The translations under genes and the position numbers were made by a program. DNA of 64,000 bases from an uncultured Actinomycetes bacterium (GTDB taxonomy: Bacteria; Actinomycetota; Acidimicrobiia; IMCC26256; DASPTH01), in contig CAWAKX010000015.1 in NCBI GenBank assembly GCA_963782705.1, positions 10,342-74,341 on the forward strand. The letters run 5' to 3'. How positions within the stretch are numbered: position 1 is the first letter of the stretch; every line of letters begins with the position of its first letter. Below, piece after piece: positions 54,037 through 64,000 of this stretch. A model generated the notes under the pieces. That model made no database searches, had not been told where the DNA came from, and worked only from the letters and a program-made list of their open reading frames with translations.

Positions 54037-54897
54037 ATGCAGGGCCTCGAGGACCGCCCGTGGGTGCGCGCCGCCGACGCCGGCACCCGCCTCGCGGGCA
54101 AGCGAGCGATCGTCACCGGCGCCGGAACCCGGGGTGGCATCCCGATCGGGATCGGCGAGGCGATCGCCATCGTGTTCGCCACGCAGGGCGCGCAGGTCGC
54201 GGTGGTCGACATCTCGCCCGAGCGCGCGCAGCGCACGGTGGACATCATCGGGCAGCTCGGCGGCGACGCGGTCGCGCTCACCGCCGACGTCACCGACGAA
54301 GCACAGGTCGCGCGCGCGGTGGGCGACGCGGTCGACGCGTTCGGCGGCCTCGACACCCTGGTGAACAACGCCGCCATCTCCGGCGGTGGCCGCAGTCCGG
54401 AGCACGTGGCGCTCGACGAGTGGGACGCGGTGCTGCGGCTCAACCTCGATGCCGCGATGCTCTGCGCCCGCCATGCCATTCCGCACCTCAAGGCGGCGGG
54501 TGGCGGCGCGATCGTCAACCTGACCTCGGTGGCCGCCGCGCGCGCCATGGGGAGCGGCGCGTACGCGGCGTCGAAGGCGGCACTGCTCGCCGCGTCGCGC
54601 GACTGGGCGTACGAGAACGGGCACCACAACATCCGGGTCAACTGCCTGGCGCCCGGTCACGCCTTCACTCCGATGGGGCAGGGCGGCGACGAACGCATCC
54701 GCGAGATGCGCCGCCGGGCGGGCATGCTCGTCGACGAGGCGTCGGCCTGGGACATCGCGTGGCCGGCGGTGTTCCTCGCGTCGGAGGAGAGCCGGGCGAT
54801 CACCGCGATCGAGCTCACGGTCGACTCCGGCACCACGGCGATGCCGCCGCTCGGGTGGAGCTTCCTCGAGCTGCGCCGCGATTCGTCGCCACGCTGA
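54037..54897 (+). CDS. SDR oxidoreductase
   Basis: VTGAG..IG, VNNAA, YAASK, IRVNCLAPG. Confidence 0.92.
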   Translation: MQGLEDRPWVRAADAGTRLAGKRAIVTGAGTRGGIPIGIGEAIAIVFATQGAQVAVVDISPERAQRTVDIIGQLGGDAVALTADVTDEAQVARAVGDAVDAFGGLDTLVNNAAISGGGRSPEHVALDEWDAVLRLNLDAAMLCARHAIPHLKAAGGGAIVNLTSVAAARAMGSGAYAASKAALLAASRDWAYENGHHNIRVNCLAPGHAFTPMGQGGDERIREMRRRAGMLVDEASAWDIAWPAVFLASEESRAITAIELTVDSGTTAMPPLGWSFLELRRDSSPR

Positions 54898-55036
54898 CAC
54901 GTGGCCGGCGGTGCGCCTCGGCTCGGACCGCGGCGGGTCCGGGACTTTCGGCCCTTCAACGCGGCCCCGGAGGTTTTTAGGCTGCGTACAAATCCACCCC
55001 GACTACATCAACGCCGAGCACTGCGGAGTCGCCGCC

Positions 55037-56248
55037 ATGGAATACATCCAGCACAGCCCCGACATGTCGTACACCGAGGTCCCCTACCGGGTGTTCGACT
55101 GCGACATGCACCTCTACGAGGGGGTCGACGCCTTCACCCGGTACCTGCCCGAGGAGTACCAGGGCGCGTTCCGGGTCGCCGACATCGACGGACGCAAGAA
55201 GGTGATCATTCGCGGCCGGGTGTCGGACTACATCCCGAACCCGACCTTCGGGGTGGTCGCGGCGCCCGCGTCGGGCATGGAGTACTTCTCGGGCCGGAAC
55301 ACCAGCGGCAAGTCGTTCCGGGAGATCGTGGTGCCGATGCGCGCCATCCCCGAGTTCACCGACCGCGACAAGCGGATCGAGCTCATGGACCGCATGCACA
55401 TCGACGCCATCGTCAACTTCCCGACGCTCGCGTCGGTGATCGAGGTCAACTTCATGGACGACCCGGCGGCCAGCGCCGCCGTCGCGCACTCGTACAACCA
55501 GTGGCTCTACGACGAGTGGACCTTCGACCACGCGGGCCGCATCTTCACCACGCCGGTGATGAACCTGTCCATCCCCGAGCTCGCGGTGCAGGAGCTCGAG
55601 TGGGTGCTCGAGCGGGGCGCGAAGACGGTCCTCGTGCGGCCGGCGCCCGTCGCCGGGTGGAGGGCGACCCGTTCGCCGTTCCTCCCCGACAACGACGCCT
55701 TCTGGGCCCGCATCCAGGAGGCGAACATCCCCGTGATGCTCCACTCCTCCGACTCCGGCTACCAGCGGCACTCCAACGAGTGGCTCGGCGCCAAGGACGA
55801 GTACCTGCCGTTCAAGCCCGACGTGTTCTCGCTGATGTCCACGAAGAGCCGCCCGATCCTCGACTCGCTCTACTCGGCGGTCGGCCACGGCATGCTCTCC
55901 CGCTTCCCGGGGGTGCGCCTGGCGTCGATCGAGAACGGCAGCGCCTGGATCAGCATCCTCCGCTACAACCTGCTCGACGCCTACGGGAAGCTCCCGCAGG
56001 AGTTCGCCGAGCACCCGCTCGACACCCTGGCCCGCGCGCTGTGGATCGCTCCCTACTGGGAGGACCCGATGGAGCCGCTCGTGGAGTCGATCGGCGTCGA
56101 GCACGTGCTGTTCAACTCCGACTGGCCGCACCCCGAGGGTCTCGCCGACCCGAACAGCTACATCGGGTTCGCCAAGGAGGCGAACATCTCCGACGCCGAC
56201 ATCGAGAAGATCATGGGGACGAACATGTTCGAGCTCATGGGCGTCTGA
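55037..56248 (+). CDS. Amidohydrolase (Amidohydro_2)
   Basis: FDCDMHLYE, HSSDSGY, IENGSAW, NSDWPHPEGL. Confidence 0.9.
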   Translation: MEYIQHSPDMSYTEVPYRVFDCDMHLYEGVDAFTRYLPEEYQGAFRVADIDGRKKVIIRGRVSDYIPNPTFGVVAAPASGMEYFSGRNTSGKSFREIVVPMRAIPEFTDRDKRIELMDRMHIDAIVNFPTLASVIEVNFMDDPAASAAVAHSYNQWLYDEWTFDHAGRIFTTPVMNLSIPELAVQELEWVLERGAKTVLVRPAPVAGWRATRSPFLPDNDAFWARIQEANIPVMLHSSDSGYQRHSNEWLGAKDEYLPFKPDVFSLMSTKSRPILDSLYSAVGHGMLSRFPGVRLASIENGSAWISILRYNLLDAYGKLPQEFAEHPLDTLARALWIAPYWEDPMEPLVESIGVEHVLFNSDWPHPEGLADPNSYIGFAKEANISDADIEKIMGTNMFELMGV

Positions 56249-56293
56249 CCGACTGGCCCCGCCGCCTTTCCGCGGCTCACGCGAGCGTTCTCA

Positions 56294-56317
56294 CGGCCCC
56301 CCGGGAACGGGGGGCCG
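56294..56317 (+). terminator. Hairpin, possible terminator
   Basis: CGGCCCCCC-GGGAAC-GGGGGGCCG after the amidohydrolase stop. Confidence 0.45.
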
Positions 56318-56359
56318 CGACGCGTGCGCGATCATCTCGCCATGACCGCGCGGAGGAGT

Positions 56360-57896
56360 ATGTCGCCCGAGCACCTGCAGGCCCGCTTCGAGGAGCTCCA
56401 GGAGCGTCTCGTCGAGCTCTGGGACTCGATGCACGAGATGACCCCCGACCCGCAGACCATCGTGGTCGTGCCGTCGCTGTCGCTCGAACTGCTCGAGGGC
56501 TCGGGGCTCGTCATGGCGCCCTACGAGGAGCGTTACCTCTTCCTGCTCTTCCTGCTCCGCCAGCCGTTGGCCCGGATGATCTACGTCACCTCGGAACCCA
56601 TCCACCCGAGCGTCGTCGACTACTACCTGAGCCTGGTGCCCGACGTGCCGCAGTCGCACGCCCGCCGGCGCCTGTTCACGGTGCCGGTGCTCGACGGCTC
56701 GTCGAAGCCGTTGTCGGCCAAGCTCCTCGAACGGCCCCGGCTGCTCGAGCGCATCCGGGCGCTCATCCCCGACCGTCGCCGCGCCCACCTCGTGCCGTTC
56801 CTCACCACCGACCTCGAACGCGACCTCGCGGTGCACCTCGGCATCCCGATGTACGGCGCCGATCCCAAGTTCGTCGACTTCGGCACCAAGAGCGGCGGCC
56901 GGCGGCTGTTCGCCGAGGAGGGCGTGCCCCACCCGGCCGGCACCGAGGACCTGCACTCGATCGACGACGTCGTCGACGCGGTCGTCGCGATGCGCGCGGC
57001 GAAGCCCGCGATCGGCCAGGTGCTGGTGAAGCTCAACGAGGGCGTGTCGGGCGACGGCAACGCGCTCGTCGACCTCTGCCGCGGTTCCGGCGCCCGGCGC
57101 CGACGGCGAACGCGCCGCGGTGGAGCAGGCGGTGCGCGCGATGCAGCTCGAAGCGGCCGGGACTCCGCACCCGGTGTACGAGGCCGCGCTCGCCGCGGGC
57201 GGCGGGGTCGTCGAGGAGCGCATCACCGGGCGGGAGTTCACCAGTCCGAGCGTGCAGATGCGCGCGTCGCCGCTCGGCGAGCTGGAGCTGCTCTCCACCC
57301 ACGACCAGCTGCTCGGCGGACCGAGCGGGCAGGCGTATCTCGGCTGCGTGTTCCCCGCGAACCGCGAGTACGCGGCGCTGATCACCGGGGAGGCGGCCAA
57401 GGTCGGGCGCCGTCTCGTGCGCGAGGGCGTGCTCGGCCGCTTCGCGCTCGACTTCGTCGCGGTGCGCAACGAGCGCGACGAGTGGGAGGCGTACGCGATC
57501 GAGGTGAACCTGCGCAAGGGCGGCACCACGCACCCGTTCCTCACGCTGCAGTACCTCACCGACGGCGTGTACGACCCCGAGCGGGCCACGTTCACCGTGC
57601 GATCGGGGCGCGAGAAGTTCCTGGTCGCGAGCGACCACGTCGACTCGCCCGACTTCCGCGGCCTCACACCCGACGACGTGTTCGACCTCGCGGTCCGTCA
57701 CGGCCTGCACTACAACCCGCTCACCGAGACCGGTGTGGTGTTCCACATGCTCTCGGCGCTGGCGTCGGAGGGACACCTCGGGCTCACCGCGATCGGCGAC
57801 TCGCACGAGCAGGCGCGCGAGCTGTTCGACGAGATGGTCGCGGTGCTCGAGGCCGACGGCGCCGACGCGATGACCCCGCGCCCGCTCCCCGACTGA
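56360..57896 (+). CDS. PGM1-related ATP-grasp peptide ligase (frameshift ~57085)
   Basis: VVVPSLS, YEERYLF, VKLNEGVSGDGNA, SPSVQ, STHDQLLGG, IEVNLRKGGTTHPF; GGAGGA RBS. Confidence 0.82.
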
Positions 57897-57919
57897 CCTG
57901 CGCTCCCGCTCGGCGCGCG

Positions 57920-59158
57920 CTACTTCCGGTGGAAGCCGGTGACGACCTCGGTGTGGTGGGTGTGCGGGAACAGGTCGAGCACCACCGACACCTTGGGGCG
58001 GTAGCCGAGCTCGGTGAGGAGGGCGACATCGCGTCCCGCGGCCGCGGGATCGCAGCTCACCAGCACGATGCGCGCCGCTCCGGCGCCGGCGAGCACCTGC
58101 GCGGCCCGCGCCCCGAGTCCGTCGCGCGACGGGTCGGCGACCACCACGTCGGCGCGCGGCGGGTGCAGGCGTTCGACCGTGGTCGTGACCACCTTGGCGT
58201 CGAGGTCGGCGAGGTTCACCCGGGCGTCCGCGGTCGACGACGGCGACTCCTCGGCCACGAGCGCCCGCCAGCCCGAGCGGCCGTCGAGCAGCCCGCCCGC
58301 GAACAGCCCGACGCCGCCGTACGCGTCGATGAGCGTCCCTTCGTCGCGGCCGAGCACGCGCCCCGCGAGATCGCGCACGGTCGCGACCAGTGCCGCGGCG
58401 CCGTCCGGGCGGGTCTGGAAGAACGACGCGGCCGACACCCGCCACCGGCGGCCGGCGACCTCCTCGTGGATCCAGGCCCGCTTTCCCGCGGCGAGCTCGT
58501 CGGCCCCGATCACGCGCACGTCGGGCGGGAGCACGACCCCGTCACGCGTCGGGCTCACGAGCGCGAGCCGTTCGCCGGTGGCCGCGCCGACGCGCAGGAC
58601 CACCTCGGTGGCGTCGCCGAAGCGACCCTCGTGGACGAGGTCGTCGAGCAGCGGGTGGGCCACGAGGCAGTGGTCGAGCGTCACGAGATCATGCGAACGG
58701 CGCCGGCGGAGCGCGGCGCGCCCGTCGTGCACGGCGACGCGCAGCGAGGTGCGGAAGCCCCACGGGTCGAGCGGCGGCCCGGGCACGACGTTGGGGTCGG
58801 TCCACTTTCCGTTGCGCCGCAGCGCGTCGCGGACGAGGTCGAGCTTGGCGTCGAGCTGCGCGCCCTGCTCGTCGCTGTGGTCGAGGGTGGCGAGGTCGCA
58901 CCCGCCGCACCCGGCGCGGGCGTGGGGGCACGCCGGTTCCACGCGCGCCGGTGACGGGGTCACGATCTCGGTGACCTCGCCGTGCGCGGTCCCGCGGCGA
59001 TCGTGGAGCTCGACCGTGACGGTCTCGCCGGGCAGCGCGCCCTCCACCAGCACGACGCGCCCGTCGTCGCGGCGCGCCAGCGCGAGCCCGCCGGCGACGA
59101 GGCGTTCGGCCCGCACGACCGCGGTCGTGGGTTCGGTGGTTCCGCCGGTCTCCGTCAC
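57920..59158 (-). CDS. TRAM-domain RNA m5U methyltransferase (RlmD/TrmA family)
   Basis: GALPGE, CPH..GCGGC, SFFQT, DAYGGVGLF, DPSRDG, VSCDP, DLFPHTHHTE. Confidence 0.9.
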   Translation of the reverse strand: MTETGGTTEPTTAVVRAERLVAGGLALARRDDGRVVLVEGALPGETVTVELHDRRGTAHGEVTEIVTPSPARVEPACPHARAGCGGCDLATLDHSDEQGAQLDAKLDLVRDALRRNGKWTDPNVVPGPPLDPWGFRTSLRVAVHDGRAALRRRRSHDLVTLDHCLVAHPLLDDLVHEGRFGDATEVVLRVGAATGERLALVSPTRDGVVLPPDVRVIGADELAAGKRAWIHEEVAGRRWRVSAASFFQTRPDGAAALVATVRDLAGRVLGRDEGTLIDAYGGVGLFAGGLLDGRSGWRALVAEESPSSTADARVNLADLDAKVVTTTVERLHPPRADVVVADPSRDGLGARAAQVLAGAGAARIVLVSCDPAAAGRDVALLTELGYRPKVSVVLDLFPHTHHTEVVTGFHRK

Positions 59159-59808
59159 GTCGGCACCCGTTGTCCCGGGCAGGTGCCCAACACCCGCGCC
59201 ATCGCGTCGTGCTCCGCCGAGGTGACCCACAACCCGTACCGCGCCTTCACCGCGATCTGTCGCGCGACGTACGCGCACCGGAAGGACTTGCGCGGCGGCA
59301 GCCAGGTCGCGGCGTCGCCGTCACCCTTGCGGGCGTTGGTGGGCCCGTCGACCGCGAGCAGCTCGAGCGGATCGTTGGCGAACGCGCGTCGCTTGGTGGC
59401 GTCCCACTGCTGCGCGCCCTTCTGCCACGCGTCCGAGAGGGCGACGACGTGGTCGACCTGCACCTCCCAGGCGCGTGCCTTGGCGAAGGTGAGCACCTGG
59501 CCGGTGTACGGATCGGTGACGGTGCCCGCGACCACCACGCAGTCGTGGGTGCCCGGCCGCCACTGCTTGCCGGCCAGGTCGCGGTTCAGGACGTCGTTGC
59601 GGGTGTCGCAGCCGTTGTGGTCGACGTCGGACCACGCCGCGCCGAACTGCTCGCGCGAGTAGCCGGTCTTCGGGGCGCGTCCCTTCACGGCCAGGGTCGC
59701 GAGGACGTCGGTGGCGCGACCCGTCGGGGACGCGGCGGCCGCGGCCGCGGCCGCGACCGGAGTGAGGAGGCTCGCCGCCACGGCGACGAGGACGAGCAGG
59801 GCGCGCAC
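59155..59808 (-). CDS. Secreted DUF1524/HNH nuclease-like protein
   Basis: Signal peptide; [45 protein letters not shown]. Confidence 0.88.
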   Translation of the reverse strand: MRALLVLVAVAASLLTPVAAAAAAAASPTGRATDVLATLAVKGRAPKTGYSREQFGAAWSDVDHNGCDTRNDVLNRDLAGKQWRPGTHDCVVVAGTVTDPYTGQVLTFAKARAWEVQVDHVVALSDAWQKGAQQWDATKRRAFANDPLELLAVDGPTNARKGDGDAATWLPPRKSFRCAYVARQIAVKARYGLWVTSAEHDAMARVLGTCPGQRVPT

Positions 59809-59882
59809 TCCGCCACGCTAAGCGAGCGGCGACGTGGTTCCGACACCGGTCGCCGTCGTACGGCCCCGATATGCTCCCCGCC

Positions 59883-61919
59883 GTGATCCTCTCCGACGTG
59901 ACCATCCGCGAGGAGCTCGCCGCCGGGCGCATCGTCATCGATCCGCTGGGCAAGGGCGCCGTGCAGCCGTCGTCGGTCGACCTCCACGTCGACCGCTACT
60001 TCCGGGTGTTCCGCAACGACACCACGCCCTACATCGATCCGAAGAAGCGCCAGGAGGACCTCACCGAGCTGGTCGAGGTGGCCGACGAGAGCGCCTTCAT
60101 CCTCCACCCGGGCGAGTTCGTGCTCGGCTCCACCCTCGAACGCGTCGCGTTGCCGGACGACCTCGTCGCGCGGCTCGAGGGAAAATCGTCGCTCGGCCGT
60201 CTCGGCCTCCTCATCCACTCGAGCCTGCCGGCCAGCGAGACGGTCATGGTGCTCGACGACGGCGTGCTGCGGCCGTGCCCGATCGGCGACGTCGTGCGCA
60301 AGCAGCAACGAGGCTTCGTCGTCGGATTCGATCCGGAGACGTTCGAGGTCGGGTACCACGCGATCACGGGTTGGTACGAAGGACCCGCCGATCGCATCTA
60401 CGAGATCGTGCTCCGGTCGGGTCGGCGGGTGCGGGTCACGGCCGGCCACAACCTGTTCACCCTCGGCCGCGACGGGGAGATCCGGAAGGTGCGCACCGCG
60501 GAGCTCGGCCCGGGGACCCGGGTGGCGGTGCCGCGGCGGATCCCCGACCCCGAGTTCGCGCGCACCACGATCGACCTGTTCGACGTGATTCCCGAGTCGG
60601 CGTACGGAGACCTCGTGTGCGAGGGCCCGGCCGTGCGCGACGCCTTCGCCGATGGTGGTGACGTGTTCGCGCGGCTCCTGCGCGACCACGGGTACCGGCA
60701 CTCCGAGTACTACCTGGGCCGGGGCCGTCTGCCCATGCACCTCGCGGCGCTCGTCGACGGACTCTTCGACGACATGGGTCCGGGAGACCGGATCGTCACC
60801 AAGGGCGGCCGCAACGGGCTTCCGCCGACGCTGCTCGTGGATCGCGAGCTGGCCTGGCTGCTCGGCATCTATGCCGCCGAAGGGTCCCGACGCCGCTCGC
60901 AGTTCGTCGTGTCCAACACCGACCAGGCGATCCTCGATCGGGTCGAGACGGTGCTGCACTCGCTCGGCCTGCCGACGTACCGTGCCGCGGGCGCGGTCAC
61001 CTGCACCTCGACCTTCGCGTCGAGCCTGCTCGAGTGGATCGGGGCCGGGGGTAAGGCCGCCGAGAAGCGGATCCCGCCGGTGGTGTTCTCGTGGCCGAAC
61101 GAGCTGCTCGAAGCCTTCCTCGAAGGCCTGGTCGACGGCGACGGCAGCATCGAGGACACGCGTGTCTCGGTCTGGACGATCTCGGAGGGACTGGTCGCCG
61201 ATCTCCTCGTCCTCTTCGCCCGGCTCGGTCGCCGCGCCGGCACGTCGTGGCGCGACCGGGGCCACGCGCCGATCTGCCAGGTCTACGCACCCACGGGGGA
61301 GCACAAGCTCCTCACCGGTGTCCCGCTGCCGGATCAGCTCCTGATCGCGCTGCGCGAGCGCGCCGGGCTCGATCAGCGCACGGCGAGCCTCGAGGCCGGC
61401 TACCGGAACGCCACCGACCTCAACAACATCGAACGCCGCCGCGGACGCGACGCGGTTCGGTTCGCGACGCTGCGCCGTCTGCGCGACGCGTACTCACCCC
61501 GTGCCGCCGGCACCGAGGAGCTGCGCCGTCTCGATCGCCTGGTCGGCGGCGACCTGCTCTGGGACGACGTGGTGGAGGTCCGCGACACGGGGGTCACCGA
61601 GCCGATCTACGACATCGAGGTCCGCCCCGGGGGCCGTCACATCGAGAACTTCCTCGCCGGTTCGGGTGGCGTCTTCGTCTCCAACACCGCGGGATTTGTT
61701 GATGCGGGCTGGGACGGTCACCTCACGCTCGAGCTGTCGAACGTGGCCAACCTCCCGATCGCGCTGTACCCGGGGATGAAGATCGGCCAGATCTCCTTCC
61801 TGAAGATGACCACCGCGGCCGAGCACCCCTACGGGAGCGACACCACCGGATCGAAGTACCAGGGCCAGCGCGGTCCCACGCCCTCGCGCTACTACCTCAA
61901 CTTCCGCGCCGACGGCTGA
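59883..61919 (+). CDS. dcd: dCTP deaminase interrupted by an intein
   Basis: [35 protein letters not shown] | [34 protein letters not shown]; exteins total ~190 aa. Confidence 0.95.
   Translation: MILSDVTIREELAAGRIVIDPLGKGAVQPSSVDLHVDRYFRVFRNDTTPYIDPKKRQEDLTELVEVADESAFILHPGEFVLGSTLERVALPDDLVARLEGKSSLGRLGLLIHSSLPASETVMVLDDGVLRPCPIGDVVRKQQRGFVVGFDPETFEVGYHAITGWYEGPADRIYEIVLRSGRRVRVTAGHNLFTLGRDGEIRKVRTAELGPGTRVAVPRRIPDPEFARTTIDLFDVIPESAYGDLVCEGPAVRDAFADGGDVFARLLRDHGYRHSEYYLGRGRLPMHLAALVDGLFDDMGPGDRIVTKGGRNGLPPTLLVDRELAWLLGIYAAEGSRRRSQFVVSNTDQAILDRVETVLHSLGLPTYRAAGAVTCTSTFASSLLEWIGAGGKAAEKRIPPVVFSWPNELLEAFLEGLVDGDGSIEDTRVSVWTISEGLVADLLVLFARLGRRAGTSWRDRGHAPICQVYAPTGEHKLLTGVPLPDQLLIALRERAGLDQRTASLEAGYRNATDLNNIERRRGRDAVRFATLRRLRDAYSPRAAGTEELRRLDRLVGGDLLWDDVVEVRDTGVTEPIYDIEVRPGGRHIENFLAGSGGVFVSNTAGFVDAGWDGHLTLELSNVANLPIALYPGMKIGQISFLKMTTAAEHPYGSDTTGSKYQGQRGPTPSRYYLNFRADG
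60222..61685 (+). mobile_element. 488-aa intein with LAGLIDADG homing endonuclease
   Basis: Block A SLPASETV, block [19 protein letters not shown] and [11 protein letters not shown], block F IYDIEV, block G VFVSN/T. Confidence 0.93.
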
Positions 61920-62503
61920 TGGCGGCCCGCCCACCGGGCGGCGCCGACCGGGTCCGGTGCGAGTGGGCGGGCACCGATCCGCGCATGGTCGCCTACCACG
62001 ACGACGAGTGGGGCGTGCCGGTGCACGACGACCGCCGCCACTTCGAGCTCCTCACCCTCGAGGGCGCGCAGGCCGGGCTGAGCTGGTCGACGATCCTCAA
62101 CAAGCGCGAGGGCTACCGGCGGCTGTTCGAGGGGTTCGATCCGGAACGGGTGGCCGCCTTCGGCGAGGCCGACGTGGCGCGGCTCCTCGGTGACCCCGCG
62201 ATCGTGCGCCACCGCGGCAAGATCGAGTCGACCGTGGCCAACGCCCGGGCGCTGCTCGCGGTGGCGGACGAGGTCGGGTCGTTCGACCGCTACGTGTGGG
62301 ACTTCGTGGGAGGATCACCGATCGTGGGGGACTGGTCCAGCCTGGCCGAGCTGCCGGCGTCGACGCCGGAGTCGGCCGCGCTCAGCCGGGATCTGAAGCG
62401 CCGGGGATTCCGCTTCGTCGGGCCCACCACGGTGTACGCCTACCTCCAGGCCGCGGGGCTGGTCGACGACCACGTGCGGACGTGCTTCCGGAGGGCCGGG
62501 TGA
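61919..62503 (+). CDS. tag: DNA-3-methyladenine glycosylase I
   Basis: RCEW, YHDDEWG, LEGAQAGLSW, GFRFVGPT, DHVRTC. Confidence 0.95.
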   Translation: MAARPPGGADRVRCEWAGTDPRMVAYHDDEWGVPVHDDRRHFELLTLEGAQAGLSWSTILNKREGYRRLFEGFDPERVAAFGEADVARLLGDPAIVRHRGKIESTVANARALLAVADEVGSFDRYVWDFVGGSPIVGDWSSLAELPASTPESAALSRDLKRRGFRFVGPTTVYAYLQAAGLVDDHVRTCFRRAG

Positions 62504-63031
62504 CGACGGCCTTCGAGGGTTCGGGGAGCCCGGGCGACGCGCGTCGCACCCAGGCGGAGCAGGCGGAACGTGCCGCGGGACGCCGCCGCCGTGGTCGGCG
62601 CGGCACACGCCGTCCGGTCAACACGGTGCTCGCGGTGCTCACCGTGGTGTTCGTGCGTCGTGGCGGGTGCACTCGGCGCCCTCGCGTTCAAGACCTCCTC
62701 GGACGCGCAGGACACTCGCGAGGCGACGCGTCCGCTCGAGGCCCGCGTGGCCTCCCTCGACCGCGAGCTGTCGGAGTCCGACGTCGCGATCGACCGACTC
62801 ACCGCGCTGTTCCTCCTGATCCGCGCGCAGTCCGACGCGACGAAGGCCGCCGTCGACGCGACGCAACGAGGCGGCTGCGCACTACAACCACGCGGAGTCG
62901 GGCATCGCCGACGCGCTGGGCGCCGACGCGGCCAACGCGCTGACTGCGCTCAACCAGGCCACCACGGCGGTGCGCACCGCGCCGACGACGCCCGGACCGC
63001 GCTCGCGGCCCTCGGGAGCAGCAGTGGCTGA
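62500..63031 (+). CDS. Hypothetical membrane-anchored coiled-coil protein (frameshifted)
   Basis: TM segment then Ala-rich heptads across frames. Confidence 0.45.
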
Positions 63032-63521
63032 GCCGCGCGACGATCGTCGCGGACGCGTCGCCGCCGAGGCGCCGGGTGTCGGGCTGGCTGGTCGCCTCGT
63101 GCATCGTGACGTTCCTGCTCGCGCTGGCCGCCGGCGGAGCATTGGTGTGGGCGAACCGTGAAGCCGACGCCGCCGACCGCGCACCGCGACGACTGTGCGG
63201 GCCGCGCTGGCCTCCGACACCAACGGCGCCGCAGCCGACCGGCTCGCGGCCGCACGTGCGACCGTCGCCTCGGTGCGCGCCCAGCTCGACGCGATCCCCG
63301 CCGAGCTCACCCAGGTGGCCGACCTCGAACAGCAGGACGTCGCGCTCGTGCAGGCCGCGTTCGACGCGGGCAAGAAGGGCGACGTCCCCGCCTACAACGA
63401 GGCGGTCACCAAGCGCAACGTGCTGGCGCCGCAGGTGGACGCCGCGGTCGAGAAGCTGCGGACCGACGTGAACGCCGTGCTCATGGCGCTCGCCACGATC
63501 ACGAACCGAACAGCCCCGTGA
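63024..63521 (+). CDS. Hypothetical membrane-anchored coiled-coil protein (frameshifted)
   Basis: GWLVASCIVTFLLALAAGGALVW then helical AYNEAVTKRN region. Confidence 0.5.
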
Positions 63522-64000
63522 TGTTCGTGGGCTCGAGCTTCCGTTCGCTGCGCAACCGGTCGAGCATCGGCGCGAAGTTCCCCTCGGCGAAGGTCACGAA
63601 GTGGAACAGCGCGATGCTGCCGTTCTGCGCGGCGCCGACCACCTTGTTCGCGAGCGACTGCGTTCCCCGCGGTGCCGTTGGAGTCGATGGTCCACATCGC
63701 CATCGAGTAGCCGAACTCCGCGTTGATCTTCTGGATGCGCGGGTCGCCACCGTCGACGTAGCCACCCGCTCCGCCCGGTGGCCGCATCATGCGCATCGTG
63801 TAGGGGACGGAGCCGAGGCACTGCGCGAGCGTGTCGCGCGTGCGGGCGAGCTCGCTGCGCACCTGCGCGTCGTTGAGCGTGGTGAGGTTGGAGTGGTGTA
63901 GGTGTGGTTGCCGATCTCGTGGCCCTCCTCCACCACCCGCTTCCAGATGTCGGCCTTGCCCGCGTTGAGGTGCGACCTGCAGCGCGCCGCCGGTGGGGAA
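63499..64000 (-). CDS. Polysaccharide deacetylase (NodB), C-terminal part
   Basis: GHEIGNH, VRSELART, MRPPGG, MWTIDS, GSIALFH. Confidence 0.75.

Noticed and set aside
59883-61919. dCTP deaminase as the cause of the C-free tracts
   Set aside because: Dcd acts on free dCTP, not DNA, and lies ~48 kb away; no evidence links them.

Overview
High-GC actinobacterial chromosome segment. Acidimicrobiia-like by inference from gene content: nucS, DUF222-HNH, F420-type LLMs, many amidohydrolases. Most genes carry isolated frameshifts, typical of an unpolished long-read consensus, so many coordinates are approximate. Layout: (1) 1-7.6 kb: housekeeping and miscellaneous genes (MFS, TrmO, DUF222/HNH, PadR, nucS, internally deleted CoA-transferase, crotonase, 7-bladed YVTN propeller). 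(2) tRNA-Gly(CCC) at 7645-7718, followed by a ~11.7 kb island that ends in a 32/35-nt copy of the tRNA 3' end (19366-19400). The island holds an IS481 remnant, MFS, uppP, a wrecked OmpR-family two-component system, DUF1800/DUF1501, three paralogous helical-domain proteins and a lysyl-PG-synthase-like membrane protein. Inside it are tracts almost devoid of C on the + strand, resembling wholesale C->T deamination (biological or artefactual). (3) 19.4-56.3 kb: a large catabolic region (2 P450, 4 amidohydrolases, 2 TesB, thiolase/DUF35, ACAD, 2 LLM, sulfotransferase, orphan Mo-hydroxylase subunit) plus a Coq4-like operon. (4) 56.3-64 kb: PGM1-like ATP-grasp ligase, RNA m5U methyltransferase, DUF1524 nuclease, dCTP deaminase interrupted by a 488-aa LAGLIDADG intein, tag glycosylase and a partial polysaccharide deacetylase.
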